Made by a program: the position numbers and the translations under genes | Shown here: positions 61,029-64,000 of the stretch, in pieces | How positions within the stretch are numbered: position 1 is the stretch's first letter | How the letters are laid out: each line of letters opens with the position of its first letter | The notes under the pieces: model-generated | Databases searched by the model: none | What the model saw: only the letters and a program-made list of their open reading frames with translations | What the model was told of the DNA's origin: nothing | Source of the DNA: Spirochaetota bacterium | GTDB taxonomy: Bacteria; Spirochaetota; UBA4802; UBA5550 | Direction: 5' to 3' | Length of the DNA: 64,000 nucleotides | NCBI GenBank assembly: GCA_963664815.2 | Contig: CAXXHB010000003.1 | Coordinates: 1,376,001 to 1,440,000 of the forward strand

Positions 61029-63329
61029 TTAAAAAATTTTCAGATCCTTAAGAGTCATATTCTCAAGTACCTTGTCCCTTCCGGAATTTATTTTTTCGAA
61101 CAAATTCAAAATATTTCCCTTTGATGCGTTCTTTCTGAATGAGGCGGGCACCTCTATCTGGGCTTCATTAATAAGGTTAAACAACTCAGCCAGTTTTATA
61201 TTCTCTGATGATTTTGCCGGCATTAATGGCCCTTTCTGTTCTCTGTAAATAAATCCTTTATCAACAAACAGCTTGATGAAGTAATCGAGATCTATGGAGT
61301 TGTGAGAAACTTTTTTCAGGAGTTCGGCATATGTAGTATCTCCTTTCCCGGCTTCGAATTTTGTGTAAATATGCTGAATGGCAACCAGCCCGTAAAAGAT
61401 ATTCATCTTCCTGCTTTCTTCAAATGTGTTTTTAAGACTGGAGTATGTTTCAGGGTGCATAAGAGTATAAGATACCTCAGCTCCGTAAAGAATGATGAGG
61501 GATGATGCATATATCATCAAAAGGAAAATAGGGATCGATGCAAGTGCTCCGTAAATTGCAAATGTACCTGTGGCAAATGCTTTTACATATATGATGAAAA
61601 GAAGAATAAATATTACCCATACTGTACCGGTAAATGCAGCTCCAATTGAAGCATATTTAAATGGTACTTTTGTATTTGGAGTCGTTGAGTAGGCCATAAG
61701 GAAAAGGAGCCAGATGAAGAGGAATGGGGCAAGAAAATTTATTATCATTGCAAAAGCGCTTTTTCCGGATTCTCCTTTCCATGTTTTACCGTTATCTGTT
61801 GATTTCTGTATAGTGCCTCCGTTTCCGACAGCCCACAGAGCTCCGGTAGCCTGGAGCAGCCTGTTTATCTTATATGCGGGTAGGGTATCGCTTTTCCAGC
61901 TAATACCTCCGTTTACTGTGTGAATAAGTATTCCGTTTTCACCGGCAATTAAACCTTCATTTTTATTCAGAAAGAGTACGGTATAATAGTTGTATTCCTT
62001 GAATTTCCCCTGCTGCCATGTGTCGCCTCCATCAGTGGTATGGAGTATTATGCCATCATTGCCTGCAATCCATATATCATTTTTATTGACAAAAGATACG
62101 GTGTTCAGATCAACGAGTTTGTTTTTCCTTTTGGATTCATTTATTGTTTTTATTGTCCAGGTCAAACCTGCATCTTCTGTAAGATATATACGGCCTTTTG
62201 TTCCTGTTGCAATACCTCGATTTTCAAAGAAAGCTATGTTCCTGAAATTCAGGGTTACATCCTTTGTATCTATAGCCCTCCAGTCTCTTCCCCCCGATTC
62301 TGTAGCGAGAATTATACCTCCATCTGCAGCGATAAAGCCGAGGCGGTTATTAATCATATAAATATTGTTAAGACTGAAGTCTCCCCATTTTGATATTGAC
62401 CAGTTCTTGCCTTTATCACGGGAGTGAAGTATAAGGCCTTTACCTGATATTGCCCACCCTTCTTCATTGATAAATTTAATATCATTGAAAGTCTCTTTCA
62501 TCAGCGACAGATGGTCGAGTCGGGAGTCATCTTCTGAAAAAGTATTGTCTGAAAAACTGTAGGTGTATATTCTCTGGTTTTCATAATCGAAATTCCATTC
62601 TTCGCCGGAAGTGAAATTTGTTTTGTCCACAGGGCTCTGAATTATAGAGCCCTTGTTGCCGACAACCCATATTTTATTATCTTCGATGAATGCTGAATTG
62701 TAATTTGCTGATGAAAAAACATCAGTCATCTTTGTAGCCACAGTCATACCTGCTATAAGCATTAACGGACCGAGAGTAAGAGCAGCCCAGTAGTACATGA
62801 TTTTCTGGAACAGTGTTCTACCCTGTTTTACTTTCCATATTTCGTTAAGTGATTTTTCCAATGTACGCAGGGTGGCTGTTGCGGTAAAGAATACGATTAC
62901 AGCACCAATTCCCCCTATCTTGCCGGCATTATCAATGAGTCCAGATATTGCTTCAAAAACCGGATCTATATTAAGCTTTATACTGTGTTCGACCATGAAG
63001 AGGGACATTTCCCTGAAAAGGTCCTCTTTTTTATTTTCCACCCCTGAAAAAATTGACAGAAATGTCAGAAAAACAGTCAGCAAAGGTATCAGTGAAGTAA
63101 CAGCTGCATATGCTATTGCAGATGCTTTTGTTAAACAGTCATCAATCATGAATTTTCTTGTGGCGACAATAAACACTTTTACTGTTGTTACAATTCTGTT
63201 ATAGACAGTGCTTTCAAAGGAGTATCCTTCATAAATCTGTTTACCTATAGTAACAATTCTCTGTATCAATGGAGTTTTATTTTTTACATCATTTTTAGCC
63301 TTTTTAAGGATCTTACTGAATGGGAACAT
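61029..63329 (-). CDS. YihY/BrkB membrane protein with inserted YCF48-like beta-propeller and C-terminal wHTH-like region
   Basis: YihY halves (KASAIAY..SLIP; YGALASIPIFLL..YGAE) flank several T.DGG.TW (BNR) repeats. Confidence 0.85.
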   Translation of the reverse strand: MFPFSKILKKAKNDVKNKTPLIQRIVTIGKQIYEGYSFESTVYNRIVTTVKVFIVATRKFMIDDCLTKASAIAYAAVTSLIPLLTVFLTFLSIFSGVENKKEDLFREMSLFMVEHSIKLNIDPVFEAISGLIDNAGKIGGIGAVIVFFTATATLRTLEKSLNEIWKVKQGRTLFQKIMYYWAALTLGPLMLIAGMTVATKMTDVFSSANYNSAFIEDNKIWVVGNKGSIIQSPVDKTNFTSGEEWNFDYENQRIYTYSFSDNTFSEDDSRLDHLSLMKETFNDIKFINEEGWAISGKGLILHSRDKGKNWSISKWGDFSLNNIYMINNRLGFIAADGGIILATESGGRDWRAIDTKDVTLNFRNIAFFENRGIATGTKGRIYLTEDAGLTWTIKTINESKRKNKLVDLNTVSFVNKNDIWIAGNDGIILHTTDGGDTWQQGKFKEYNYYTVLFLNKNEGLIAGENGILIHTVNGGISWKSDTLPAYKINRLLQATGALWAVGNGGTIQKSTDNGKTWKGESGKSAFAMIINFLAPFLFIWLLFLMAYSTTPNTKVPFKYASIGAAFTGTVWVIFILLFIIYVKAFATGTFAIYGALASIPIFLLMIYASSLIILYGAEVSYTLMHPETYSSLKNTFEESRKMNIFYGLVAIQHIYTKFEAGKGDTTYAELLKKVSHNSIDLDYFIKLFVDKGFIYREQKGPLMPAKSSENIKLAELFNLINEAQIEVPASFRKNASKGNILNLFEKINSGRDKVLENMTLKDLKIF

Positions 63330-63509
63330 CTCCGTTTCTCCATGGTGTAGTTTTATTGCCGCAGGAAATACTGCGGATTTAAGGGTGTTTTCTATATATT
63401 AAAAGTCAGTAATAAATATTTTTATAAATATGATCCTTTTATATATCATTGTCAAGTTTTTATTAAAAAGATTACTGCATCGTTTGAGGATTTATCTGTT
63501 ACATAAATG

Positions 63510-63561
63510 TTTTTTTAACGGTTCAGAAATACAATATTGTATTTCTGAACCGTTAAAAAAA
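63510..63561. repeat. 52-bp perfect palindrome
   Basis: T7-AACGGTTCAGAAATACAAT|ATTGTATTTCTGAACCGTT-A7. Confidence 0.9.
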
Positions 63562-63711
63562 ACTGATTCTGCATTTTATCTTCAGGTCTAAGTTAATCAA
63601 TGCCTCCTGAACTCTTAATATAATCAGTCAATACCACACGATTAACATAAAAAGCACTTCAATGTTAATTTCATGTTAACAAATCTGCATCGAGTTAATT
63701 TGACTGAATAT

Positions 63712-63728
63712 TTGGCACGCAATATGCT
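63712..63728 (+). promoter_or_regulatory. sigma54 (-24/-12) promoter
   Basis: TTGGCACGCAATATGCT: GG-N10-GC spacing. Confidence 0.8.
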
Positions 63729-63761
63729 TTTAGAATAAGTAGATTAAAAAAGGAGGAATTT

Positions 63762-63842
63762 ATGCGATCGCTATCAGGATTGCCTGAAAATTCAAATAAT
63801 AGACTGCTTATTAAGGCAGATGTCAGAGAGGTAAAAGTATGA
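63762..63842 (+). CDS. 26-aa leader ORF
   Basis: AAAGGAGG RBS; MRSLSGLPENSNNRLLIKADVREVKV*; stop overlaps the next start (ATGA). Confidence 0.5.
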   Translation: MRSLSGLPENSNNRLLIKADVREVKV

Positions 63843-64000
63843 AAAAGAAACTGATAAGTTTCATAGCTGCATGTTTTATGTTATTCACTGCCGGGTTATC
63901 ATTTTCACAGGATGCTCCGGTAAAAACCGATACGATTATCAGAACAGTTGATCCCTCGGGAGGGAATACCGGAAATGCTGGTGATGTAACTGCTGCTACA
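63839..64000 (+). CDS. partial ORF, probable ammonium transporter N-terminus
   Basis: Signal peptide then DPSGGNTGNAGDVTAAT, recalled from the N-terminal extension of some Amt proteins; sigma54 promoter upstream; truncated by the window end. Confidence 0.45.
   Translation, partial: MKKKLISFIAACFMLFTAGLSFSQDAPVKTDTIIRTVDPSGGNTGNAGDVTAAT

Overview
This is an AT-rich bacterial chromosomal window, probably from a Spirochaetota/Leptospirae-like lineage (inferred from the many lipoproteins and the gene neighbourhoods; not verified). It has two halves. (1) About 1-25.2 kb is a decaying, + strand, integrase-less gene-cassette array (CALIN-like). At least six cargo modules start with GTTRRRY-like and end with RYYYAAC-like cores, and each is bracketed by its own ~20-bp inverted repeat. 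Several sit in the same constant frame: hairpin B on the left, attC-like repeat A plus tail Y on the right. The array and its interspersed genes include four toxin-antitoxin pairs, an orphan antitoxin, a WapI-like immunity gene, EthD, a CPBP protease and a duplicated DUF998 gene. These are mixed with fragments of IS3, IS21, IS66 and IS256 elements and 3' remnants of a group II intron. (2) About 25.6-64 kb is mostly housekeeping: a MarR-MFS-TolC-RND efflux operon with palindromic operators, katG, TPP riboswitch-thi4, cupins, a large repeat-containing secreted protein, RRM, tlyA, ackA, a FlgD-Ig/PorV-folP-cdaA-cdaR cluster, two tRNA-Met genes, patatin, lnt, an EF-G paralogue, a TonB C-terminal protein, a YihY-beta-propeller fusion and a sigma54 promoter ahead of a probable ammonium transporter. 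All calls come from reading the sequence by eye; no database searches were run.
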